DNA of 64,000 nt from a virus (Duplodnaviria; Caudoviricetes). Of this stretch, positions 44,119 through 52,077 are shown in pieces. Position 1 is the stretch's first letter; every line of letters starts with the position of its first letter. Under the pieces are notes generated by a model that saw only the letters and a program-made list of their open reading frames with translations, searched no databases and was not told the origin of the DNA. The position numbers and the translations under genes were made by a program. The stretch lies in IMG/VR virus record IMGVR_UViG_3300037067_001795, positions 9,772-73,771 of that record, one strand, 5' to 3'.

Positions 44119-44601
44119 CTAGTGACCGGTGTACATGCACCACACAAGGGTTCCAGTCAGCACGACGTCGCTGACCGTTTCCAGGCTCTGGAACGGTTCC
44201 GACTCAGGCGAGCTAGTTGTGTCAGTGAGCAGACCAGTTCCGTCGTCCACAATGCCAAAGTCGCCGATGGCCACAGAGTCGCTCGTGGCGGTACCAGTGG
44301 CGAACCACCGTACGTTCAGTTCTTCACCAGCAATGGGGAAGTAGAGGAAGCAACGGTCTGCGTCCGCGTAGGCGTCGTCCTTGGTCTTGCCTTGCAGCCG
44401 GTCTTCCAGCAGCACAGCCACCACGCGCTGATCGCCGTCTGCGTCGTAGTTGGGCACCTCCCACGTGTGACGGCCTCCGATGGGCTCGGTCGCGGCCTTC
44501 AGTTGCATGATCGTGCCGGGAAGGGGGGTTCCGTCGATGATACCCTCCTTGAACACGCCTTTCGGCTCGGCACTCACGATAATGTTATTACCCTTCGCCA
44601 T
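44119..44601 (-). CDS. Capsid decoration/cement protein
   Basis: Between protease and MCP; PGTIMQL, LLEDRLQG. Confidence 0.7.
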   Translation of the reverse strand: MAKGNNIIVSAEPKGVFKEGIIDGTPLPGTIMQLKAATEPIGGRHTWEVPNYDADGDQRVVAVLLEDRLQGKTKDDAYADADRCFLYFPIAGEELNVRWFATGTATSDSVAIGDFGIVDDGTGLLTDTTSSPESEPFQSLETVSDVVLTGTLVWCMYTGH

Positions 44602-44662
44602 GTCTCATATCTCCTTGATCGTGATCGTTGTTTTGGAGTCGCTACACCTTGGCAGCCGCAGC

Positions 44663-45262
44663 CTACGCTTCGGGCTTGGCCCAGTTCACCGTCGGCAACG
44701 GCAGATAGTCGTTGTCATCGTCCTTCGTGCCCACGTTGGCCGTAGGCGGTACCGACGCCCCAAAGTAGCTCGGCACGTTCTGGCTCTCGTTCACAAGCGG
44801 CTTGGCCAACGCAGCCAAGTTCTGGAGCGTGTCCAACGGCATGGCGTTGAGCTGTTCCTTCGTGAACTTGTTTTGGGCGTTGCCAGTGATCACACCGATG
44901 GCCACGTCCTTGCGCTCCTGCTTGATGCTGCGCGCAAGGGCGATGTCTTCCATCTGCTCTCGGGTCAGGACGTTGCCCGTGGGTTTCTCTTCGTCCACAA
45001 CTTCTTCCTCCTCTTCGTCCGCTGCCGCCATCTTCTTCTTGATGAATTCCGGCATAGCGTTCACGGTGATCTTGGAATCCATGCCGAACCCTTCACGGGC
45101 GGCATTTACGACAGCGTCGGCTTGGAGCTGCTTCTCCAATGCGGTATCCAGCTTGTTGAGCTGGTTGTCCGTCAGGTCCATCAACTCATCGCGATCAGCC
45201 TCATCCCAGCAGCAGCTATTCTCGATGAGGTTATCCACGATATCTTCGCGGCTTTTGGTCAT
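44663..45262 (-). CDS. Nested in-frame scaffold protein (internal start)
   Basis: AAGGAGGT Shine-Dalgarno just upstream of ATG 45262 (MTKSREDIV...). Confidence 0.6.
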   Translation of the reverse strand: MTKSREDIVDNLIENSCCWDEADRDELMDLTDNQLNKLDTALEKQLQADAVVNAAREGFGMDSKITVNAMPEFIKKKMAAADEEEEEVVDEEKPTGNVLTREQMEDIALARSIKQERKDVAIGVITGNAQNKFTKEQLNAMPLDTLQNLAALAKPLVNESQNVPSYFGASVPPTANVGTKDDDNDYLPLPTVNWAKPEA

Positions 45263-46927
45263 ATCTGACCTCCTTCTACGTTGGTTACGAGTTTGGCCAG
45301 ACTGGCCTGGATTACCCTTTGACACACGGATGGTTGTTTCACCATAGCCGAAGTCTACAAGCGTAGCTGTAAGGTCGCCCTTAGACATCGCTTCCTGCAC
45401 GTTCTTGCCACCGGAGATGCTGGGTATGTTCTGACTGTGAGTGTGTTTCCACCCGTCATTGATCATCTTGGTTCGTACCTTGCCGATATCTTCCGAGGCT
45501 AGAACAGACTCCTTCCCATGTCCGGCACGCACATTAGCATCAGCCACGACCATCTTCTTACTGCCTTGATAGGGATTCTGTGTCGTAGCAATCCCAGCAC
45601 TGCTTAGCACCTCTGCAGTTTTCTTACTGGGTAGATCCTTGCGTGCTTTGTGCATCGCAATAGAGATAGGCACTTCGTCAGTACCAGACACGCGTTGAAC
45701 GGCATCACCCTTGAGTGTTGTAGACTTTGCTTTCTTAGGGGCAACTGCTTTCGCAGCATCAGCGGCCTCACGACCCTTCCTACTGGCTGCCCCAGACTCT
45801 TTCCACAGCTTGCTAGCCTCTTCTTTCTCACCCTTGTCAGACATCTTGCGAGCCTTGGCTGCCAGCTTGGATGCCTCTGCCTGATACTTCTTGGCATCAG
45901 CTCTGAGCGATTCATAGTCAGAGCCACCACCCGCTTCGCCCTTGTACGACGCCTTCTCGGTCTCAGCGGCAGCACGATCTTCGCTAGCCTTAGACTTAGC
46001 GTCTAGTTCAAGTGCCTTCCGCTTGGCGATTGTTTCACGCAGTGGGCCTTCCTCAATAGCGGCAGCTTTGCCGTACTCTTCCTGCTCTTCAAGATCTGCC
46101 ATTTCCTTGGTGAGACTGGCCTCTTTCTTCTTCAGTGAGTCAATCTCACCAGCACCGCTCTTGGCAGCACCATGGGCCTTGGACGCACCCTTGCCGCCAG
46201 TAGCTCCACCACCTCCACCTCCGCCCGCACCGAACTGGCCTTTCGCATCACGGGGTTGATTGGGGTTGTAGGCGTTCTCAACACCTAGCAGCACAGCGAG
46301 GCTCTGGAGCACAGACAATTTCTCTTCAAGCGGCACGGTAGTATCTCCTGTGTGGTTGACCAGCACACCACAGCCGTCCCTGAGGGAACAAGCACCGATC
46401 TGATCAGGCAGGATTGCCAAGTGATCCGGTCTGTAGTTGCGTGCCACGTGCGTATAGAGCTTGCCGTCCGGCGCAGTAGAGCCGTTCTCTGCTGGCTCGT
46501 TGTCCGTGTACAGCCCCGTGCTCAGCTCCTGCGGCTCGTTCCGCAGCAATGCGTCGTACACTCGCTGGTCTACGGTACGTGTGCGCTCTGCGTCAAACCA
46601 GCCCTCGGCGGTCAGCTTGCCGTTATAGGCAGGCCGGCGCACGTAGCCGATCCCTTGCTTGTCCAGCACTCCGGGCGACTGGGCAGACACGTGCGATCCG
46701 TCTACCGATTGCGGATGGTAGACCACGATCGGCATCTCGTTCCATGCCATGAAGTCCCGCTCAATCTCGTCAGCGGGATAGTACAGAGGCCCCTGTGATC
46801 CATTCAGGACACCGGGAACGATCAGCGTCAGAGGGGCAACAAGATACTCGCGTCCGCCACGGAACTGGCGTCGCGTCTTACCTGTCACGTTCGCTGTAAT
46901 AGAATGGAGCATGCTTTTCCTCGGCAA
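44663..46927 (-). CDS. DUF2213 prohead protease/scaffold with inserted payload
   Basis: ELSTG, ARNYRPDHLAILPDQIGACS...GCG; C-terminal scaffold. Confidence 0.88.
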   Translation of the reverse strand: MPRKSMLHSITANVTGKTRRQFRGGREYLVAPLTLIVPGVLNGSQGPLYYPADEIERDFMAWNEMPIVVYHPQSVDGSHVSAQSPGVLDKQGIGYVRRPAYNGKLTAEGWFDAERTRTVDQRVYDALLRNEPQELSTGLYTDNEPAENGSTAPDGKLYTHVARNYRPDHLAILPDQIGACSLRDGCGVLVNHTGDTTVPLEEKLSVLQSLAVLLGVENAYNPNQPRDAKGQFGAGGGGGGGATGGKGASKAHGAAKSGAGEIDSLKKKEASLTKEMADLEEQEEYGKAAAIEEGPLRETIAKRKALELDAKSKASEDRAAAETEKASYKGEAGGGSDYESLRADAKKYQAEASKLAAKARKMSDKGEKEEASKLWKESGAASRKGREAADAAKAVAPKKAKSTTLKGDAVQRVSGTDEVPISIAMHKARKDLPSKKTAEVLSSAGIATTQNPYQGSKKMVVADANVRAGHGKESVLASEDIGKVRTKMINDGWKHTHSQNIPSISGGKNVQEAMSKGDLTATLVDFGYGETTIRVSKGNPGQSGQTRNQRRRRSDMTKSREDIVDNLIENSCCWDEADRDELMDLTDNQLNKLDTALEKQLQADAVVNAAREGFGMDSKITVNAMPEFIKKKMAAADEEEEEVVDEEKPTGNVLTREQMEDIALARSIKQERKDVAIGVITGNAQNKFTKEQLNAMPLDTLQNLAALAKPLVNESQNVPSYFGASVPPTANVGTKDDDNDYLPLPTVNWAKPEA

Positions 46928-47040
46928 TGATCAGTTACCGACGAAAAGCATAGCCCCCGCTCGTGGGTCTTAGTAGCCCACTTCTACAAGAAGTTTACGT
47001 ACACATAAACGGGCCAGACGCCCCCTTACCCCATGGTACC

Positions 47041-47316
47041 CTACCCGTCCCCCTCGTGCCCCAGCAAGCGCACCCAGCGATACAACCTAGCACGGTCGCG
47101 GTACTCGCACAGCACGTCTTGCCCGCGTGGTCGCAACGCCTTGCGTATCTCGCCTAAGTGCCGACTGATGTTCTTTAGTGGCCCCATCTCATCAGGCAGG
47201 CACGCATGCAACTCCGCCTTGCTGTGCGGCAGTCCATCACTCAGCACCTTCAGCATTGCCGTTTGCGTAGGTGTGAATCCTTCCCTCATCATCTGCTCCT
47301 TCTTCAACACCAGCAC
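47041..47316 (-). CDS. Winged-helix DNA-binding protein
   Basis: MLKVLSDG..HSKAEL...ISRHLGEIRKAL. Confidence 0.7.
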   Translation of the reverse strand: MLVLKKEQMMREGFTPTQTAMLKVLSDGLPHSKAELHACLPDEMGPLKNISRHLGEIRKALRPRGQDVLCEYRDRARLYRWVRLLGHEGDG

Positions 47317-47394
47317 TGGTCAGTTCTTCGGGGGTGGGCCACGGTGTTCTATTAGGAATGTACGGTGTGTCTGGTAACTGCGAGAATGGTTGTG

Positions 47395-50300
47395 TCATAG
47401 GAGCCACTCCTTAGACTTAGATGAGACTTGGTCTACCCACGGCGGAAAGATACCCTGCTTGTACCGTGGATCTGTGGTCAAGGCAAAGATCTCACAGAAT
47501 GCTTCCTCAGCATTCTTGCCAGCGTAGCTAGTAACATCTGTCCCAACGGTGCTTGGAACCATGCTTCTCCACTCACGCTGTTGTTCGTTTGACAGCTTAC
47601 CAAATAGCTTGTGACCGTACTCATGTCGTAGGATAGCAGCATAGCCACCAACACCACCAGCCGTAGGTTGACCTGGGACTAGATCAGACCCGCTCTCGCC
47701 ACGCCAGAACGGACTGTCGTAGACGTGAGTTGCAGCCCGTTCCTCTGCCGCACATGAACGACCCTTCTCTTGCCTCCTGAAGATAATAGGAACGTCACCA
47801 TGCTTCTCAGCAAACTCCTGATATGCAGGGTTCGCCCTATTGGCATTCGCAGCATTCTGTATCTCCAAGTGCAGCTCTGGGTCAAGGTCCTTGAAGGCAG
47901 GCTTGTCGCCCTCGTTCCCCTTCTTAGACCGTAGCACCTTCTTCCAGTTATCCACGATCTCTTCATGGGACGGCCTGTTACTTGCGTCCAACCGTCCTTG
48001 CTTGATCATGTGGTCAGCAAATCCCTCAGCCTCACCAGCAATCAGCTCAGCAGCCTCGTTCACATTAGTCACAACGACTTGACCACCGTGCGTCTTCGCC
48101 CACTGCTCGGCTTCCTTCAGTGTGCTAAACTTCGGCGGAGCGTCTGGTATACTCTCGTGACCCACACCACCTCCCCCACTGCTCCATTGGCCTTTGTAGT
48201 CACGTGGTTGATTGGGGTTATAGTTAACCACGCTGACCGGTCGCTTCTTGGCGATACGCTTGTCAGGGCCTACCCACTTGGTTCGCTTACGTTGCTCCGC
48301 CAGCGTACGCTTCTTAGGCTTCTCAGCCTTCAAGCTCTCGGTGATAGCAGCTTGGATCTCCTCCTTGCGGCGCACCTGTTCCTTCTGCGGCTCGCCCACG
48401 TTAGCGGGTAGGTGTGCGCATCTACAGTTGCTGACTACTAGTCCACCACTATAATACAGGCTAGTTGCTGTTGTGGCATCAAAAGCAAGTCCTTCATACT
48501 CGGTAAAGGAAACACTATGAATCCGCTCCCACTTGAAGAGGTTAGGCAACGCTACTTGGCTGGAGAAAGTCTGTGTTCTATGCAGCAACGATTCGGGGTC
48601 AATCGTAGTGCAATTAAACTCCGTCTCGAGAGAATGGGGATCGTCCTCAGAAGATACACCCCTGCTGAGAAGGCCAAATTTGCTTACGAAGCTAGAAGGG
48701 GCCAGACTGACACTATGGCCACTAAGCTGGCTAGAGCCACTACTAGATCGAAGCTCGGTCTTGGGGTAGGTTCCTGCGAAGTTGCCCTCTCGCAATTTCT
48801 CGACGCCGAAGGAATCCCATACTCCCAGCAAACCACGTGCGGGCCATATTGCCTCGACTTTACCCTGACAGAACACCCTATCGCCGTGGAGATCCGAGGA
48901 CGTGGCTACAATCCCAGAGTTGCCCGTAACTCTAAGAAGAGACTCAAATATGTTCTCGACCGTTGGAACTTGATTTACATTCAAGCCTGTGGAAGACCCA
49001 TTCTTCCGGTGGTCGTAGAGTACATAGTCGCCTTCTCTAAGCTGTGCCGCAGGAACCATTCCTCTAGGGGTGAGTATTGGGTGATTAGGTCCGATGGTCG
49101 TCCGAGCCAACCCGCTCCGCAGGGTAAGTACAATAGCTGGGCCGCAATACCAAGCCCGGACCAGCTCCTCGCATTCGCCATAAGAAGCAAACGATGATCC
49201 AGCAAACACAGCATTAGGATGCCTCGGAATCATGCCCCTCGCTTCTTTTATTGTGAGCACTACACCGTCCATGGCTTGACATAGTCTACACACCCTACCG
49301 TCGCCAGCCGTATCCCACTCCACCATGACGCCTACTTCGGTCACGCCTAGTCGCTCCATAGCGTCTAGCTGACCTTCTGCATGGCTGCGAATTACTTCTG
49401 TCCTCGCAATAGTCGCAGCCCTATTGGAGCCGAAGCCTAGCTCGTCCTTGAGCCGTCGTGCTAGAACGTGTGGATTGTCGCCACGTGCGAAGCCTTCAGT
49501 CAACTCGCGACTGACTACTACGGCCATCGCTTCAGTCACGCCCTTCAGATCAGTGAACACGCGACCCGCCATGAGTTGAACCTTCTCAATGCTCATGGGC
49601 CTGCCGAAACTGCTCCGTAGGAACTCCTCCTTCGTGCCGTTGTACCATCGCATATCCTTCTGCACAGCCGGTACTCTCACGTCGTCAAAGGCACGACCCT
49701 GTCCCTTCTGGTAGGCCTCCTCCACAAACTTGCGCCAGTACGCCTCACCCAGTCCGTCGTCCTTGCCAGCCAGCACCTCGTCCTTCAGCACCCCCTGCAA
49801 CCACTTCAAGAACGCCGCTATCTGCTGCGGCCTACTCTGAAAGACCCACCGTGCGTTCGTCGCTAGTTGGTTGTGAGTAGCCTTCCACTTCTTACGCTTC
49901 GCTTCCCAGATCTTTCTAGCGTCTGGATTGGCTGGTGCCTTACCACTCAGCCATGTAGGATAATCCACAGACTTTGTAGGTGTGGCCTTCTTGACAACTG
50001 GGGGCTTGCTAATCCCAGGGAGGATAGATTTGCTGGGTTCTACGGTCGACGCGGTCCCAAACTTACGATCCATAAGATCTTTGACTACGGCTGACGACCT
50101 TGGTAGTTTGTCTGTGAGTGATTCTGCATGTAGGTCTGCCCCTAGATGGTACGCTGTCAGATGGGCAAACGATTCATTTCGACCTTGGCTTCTACCAGTC
50201 AAGAAATAGTTATGCTGCCCATACTTCTCTGCGGCACTGATAGATCGCATATCCAGCTTGTACGCTTCAGCAAACGTATCAGAGCTAGACCAATCATTTT

Positions 50301-51771
50301 CAACATCTAGTACGTGCCCTACTTCGTGGGCTACAGCGTAGAAGTTCCTTTCCTCATCGGTGCTTGTGGGGTCTAGCTTCTTAGCCATGTCACCCGCATG
50401 AACCTTCTCAGAGAAGTTCAGTTCCTTCTTGTCATAGTTGACAAAGGCGTTTGCCCCCTGTTTACGCATCTCTTCGTCTGAGATTGACTTAACAACCCAT
50501 CCCTTAGATTCTACAAACGCCTTGATGGATGATGGTAACTTGTCATAAGCTTCTAAGGTAGTATCAGCAGCTCCACCACCAGAGCCCCATCTACCACGAG
50601 CATCCCGTGGTTGATTAGGATTGTATGCGTTCGCAGTCACGCCCTTGTAATCGCCCACTCTCCACTCTGTCTCGCCCGGATTGTAATAGAGGTCCTTTAC
50701 GTCGGCGGTCCTGATGAAGATAGTGCTGGCGGGCTTCGCGTCCTTCAGATGGTCTGGCCAGCCCGTACCCATGAACAGCGGAAACTGCTTGCCTTCCAGC
50801 GACACAGCCTGAAGCACAGCGAAGTCGTTGTCGCCGTGTTGCAGCATCAGGTCGTTCACACGTGCCTCAGACACACCGTGCGTCACGCCAGCACTAACCA
50901 GCTCGTCTCTAGTAAGTTCGCCTCTAGCTGCCTTCCGTGCAATGTTGAGGCCGTCGCGGTACTTCTCAGCGTTGTCTTTCGTGGTAAACGAGATCAGGTT
51001 GGAAGCACTGCCGCCCAGCGTCTGCTGACCCAGCTCGTCGCTGCTCTTCAGGCCCTCTGTCTTGATCTTGTCTGCTGCGAACGTGGCATGATAGAGCTGG
51101 TCTGGTGGCTCTACGTAGCCTGGATGCCCCGGTCGCAAGCCGCTCGGCGTAGCCAGTCCTTCAATCCGTTGCAGCTCCGTAGACTGTCGCTCACGGTCCT
51201 TCCAGTACTCCTCTCGCTTGCGTTCCGCCTCTGCCTTGGTTGCCTCGCTGGACTGCCGCAGCCGTACGTCCTTGATATCCAGTCCCATCTCCTCATGCTC
51301 TTTGAGGGCCAGCCTAGCATCCTCAACGGACATGGTCGCTACGATGTCGTCGTTGTCGTCCAGGAACTCCACATCGCCGGTCATGTCACTCGGCAGCTTG
51401 TCGGCTGTGAACACACCACCAGCTCCACCACCGCCACTACTCCACTTGCCCTCTGCATCACGTGGTTGCGAAGGGTTGTAGGCGTTCAACGTACTCTCAC
51501 GCACCAGACCAAACGCGTCCTCTACCAGCAACAGGTCTTGGATCTGCTTAGCCACTCGTGCAAACCGCCTACGTAACTCCACCTCAAACAAACGCCGCAA
51601 CGTAGCAGTCCTACTTGGATCACTACGTAGTGGGTTCTTGGCCTTGCGTGGATTGCCTGCATTAGAAGTGAGAGGGCTGCCAGGGTGTGACCCTGTGCGT
51701 TCCTCGGGTAAGGTACGACCCCTGCTCCCCGAGGAGACAACAACCCTCTTGCGTGGCTTAGCGATCACCAT
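47395..51771 (-). CDS. Polyvalent MuF (SPP1 gp7) head morphogenesis protein with intein, ART-like and two HEXXH domains
   Basis: DPSRTATL; ATIARTE...W.TAGDGRVC..C; HPN|intein|CRC; LYHAT; HEVGH; HEYGH. Confidence 0.9.
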   Translation of the reverse strand: MVIAKPRKRVVVSSGSRGRTLPEERTGSHPGSPLTSNAGNPRKAKNPLRSDPSRTATLRRLFEVELRRRFARVAKQIQDLLLVEDAFGLVRESTLNAYNPSQPRDAEGKWSSGGGGAGGVFTADKLPSDMTGDVEFLDDNDDIVATMSVEDARLALKEHEEMGLDIKDVRLRQSSEATKAEAERKREEYWKDRERQSTELQRIEGLATPSGLRPGHPGYVEPPDQLYHATFAADKIKTEGLKSSDELGQQTLGGSASNLISFTTKDNAEKYRDGLNIARKAARGELTRDELVSAGVTHGVSEARVNDLMLQHGDNDFAVLQAVSLEGKQFPLFMGTGWPDHLKDAKPASTIFIRTADVKDLYYNPGETEWRVGDYKGVTANAYNPNQPRDARGRWGSGGGAADTTLEAYDKLPSSIKAFVESKGWVVKSISDEEMRKQGANAFVNYDKKELNFSEKVHAGDMAKKLDPTSTDEERNFYAVAHEVGHVLDVENDWSSSDTFAEAYKLDMRSISAAEKYGQHNYFLTGRSQGRNESFAHLTAYHLGADLHAESLTDKLPRSSAVVKDLMDRKFGTASTVEPSKSILPGISKPPVVKKATPTKSVDYPTWLSGKAPANPDARKIWEAKRKKWKATHNQLATNARWVFQSRPQQIAAFLKWLQGVLKDEVLAGKDDGLGEAYWRKFVEEAYQKGQGRAFDDVRVPAVQKDMRWYNGTKEEFLRSSFGRPMSIEKVQLMAGRVFTDLKGVTEAMAVVVSRELTEGFARGDNPHVLARRLKDELGFGSNRAATIARTEVIRSHAEGQLDAMERLGVTEVGVMVEWDTAGDGRVCRLCQAMDGVVLTIKEARGMIPRHPNAVFAGSSFASYGECEELVRAWYCGPAIVLTLRSGLARTTIGPNHPILTPRGMVPAAQLREGDYVLYDHRKNGSSTGLNVNQVPTVENIFESLLRVTGNSGIVATSSDLHGDRVFCQGKVEAIWPARGLLGVWDSFGVEKLREGNFAGTYPKTELRSSSGSSQLSGHSVSLAPSSFVSKFGLLSRGVSSEDDPHSLETEFNCTTIDPESLLHRTQTFSSQVALPNLFKWERIHSVSFTEYEGLAFDATTATSLYYSGGLVVSNCRCAHLPANVGEPQKEQVRRKEEIQAAITESLKAEKPKKRTLAEQRKRTKWVGPDKRIAKKRPVSVVNYNPNQPRDYKGQWSSGGGGVGHESIPDAPPKFSTLKEAEQWAKTHGGQVVVTNVNEAAELIAGEAEGFADHMIKQGRLDASNRPSHEEIVDNWKKVLRSKKGNEGDKPAFKDLDPELHLEIQNAANANRANPAYQEFAEKHGDVPIIFRRQEKGRSCAAEERAATHVYDSPFWRGESGSDLVPGQPTAGGVGGYAAILRHEYGHKLFGKLSNEQQREWRSMVPSTVGTDVTSYAGKNAEEAFCEIFALTTDPRYKQGIFPPWVDQVSSKSKEWLL
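48427..49212 (-). mobile_element. Intein (262 aa, Ala1, ends Ser-Asn, +1 Cys)
   Basis: Interrupts the MuF motif HPN/CRC; WYCG, GPNHPILT (block B), AFD (block F), VVSN. Confidence 0.85.
48517..49197 (+). CDS. Antisense HTH plus DUF559/Vsr-like endonuclease nested in the intein
   Basis: RYLAGESLCSMQQRFGVNRSAIKLRL (HTH); CEVALSQFL...QQTTCGPYCLDF...IAVEIRG (PD-(D/E)xK-like). Confidence 0.75.
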   Translation: MNPLPLEEVRQRYLAGESLCSMQQRFGVNRSAIKLRLERMGIVLRRYTPAEKAKFAYEARRGQTDTMATKLARATTRSKLGLGVGSCEVALSQFLDAEGIPYSQQTTCGPYCLDFTLTEHPIAVEIRGRGYNPRVARNSKKRLKYVLDRWNLIYIQACGRPILPVVVEYIVAFSKLCRRNHSSRGEYWVIRSDGRPSQPAPQGKYNSWAAIPSPDQLLAFAIRSKR

Positions 51772-52058
51772 CAGTCATAGACCTCGTAGTCAAAGTCATC
51801 TTCCGGTGGGCAGTAGGCTGGTATCATGGCCTCGTTGGCACGGCGGATCGCGGCCTTACCTTCCTCAATCTCGTCGTGTGTAGGCTCGTAGCAAGTCTCG
51901 TTGCGGCGCATGTTAGCACCTTGCAAACGTAGGATCCTACACATCCTCGCATGTGAACACCCGTACGCGACCGCCAGCTTGTAGGCAGGCTCGCCGTTGT
52001 TGTATCGCCGCAGCATCGTGGCGATCTCTTGCTTCGTGAACGTTCTGCTCTTGCCCAT
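51771..52058 (-). CDS. HTH domain protein
   Basis: RRYNNGEPAYKLAVAYGCSHARMCRIL. Confidence 0.7.
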   Translation of the reverse strand: MGKSRTFTKQEIATMLRRYNNGEPAYKLAVAYGCSHARMCRILRLQGANMRRNETCYEPTHDEIEEGKAAIRRANEAMIPAYCPPEDDFDYEVYD

Positions 52059-52077
52059 GGCTCAGTCTAATGTCACT

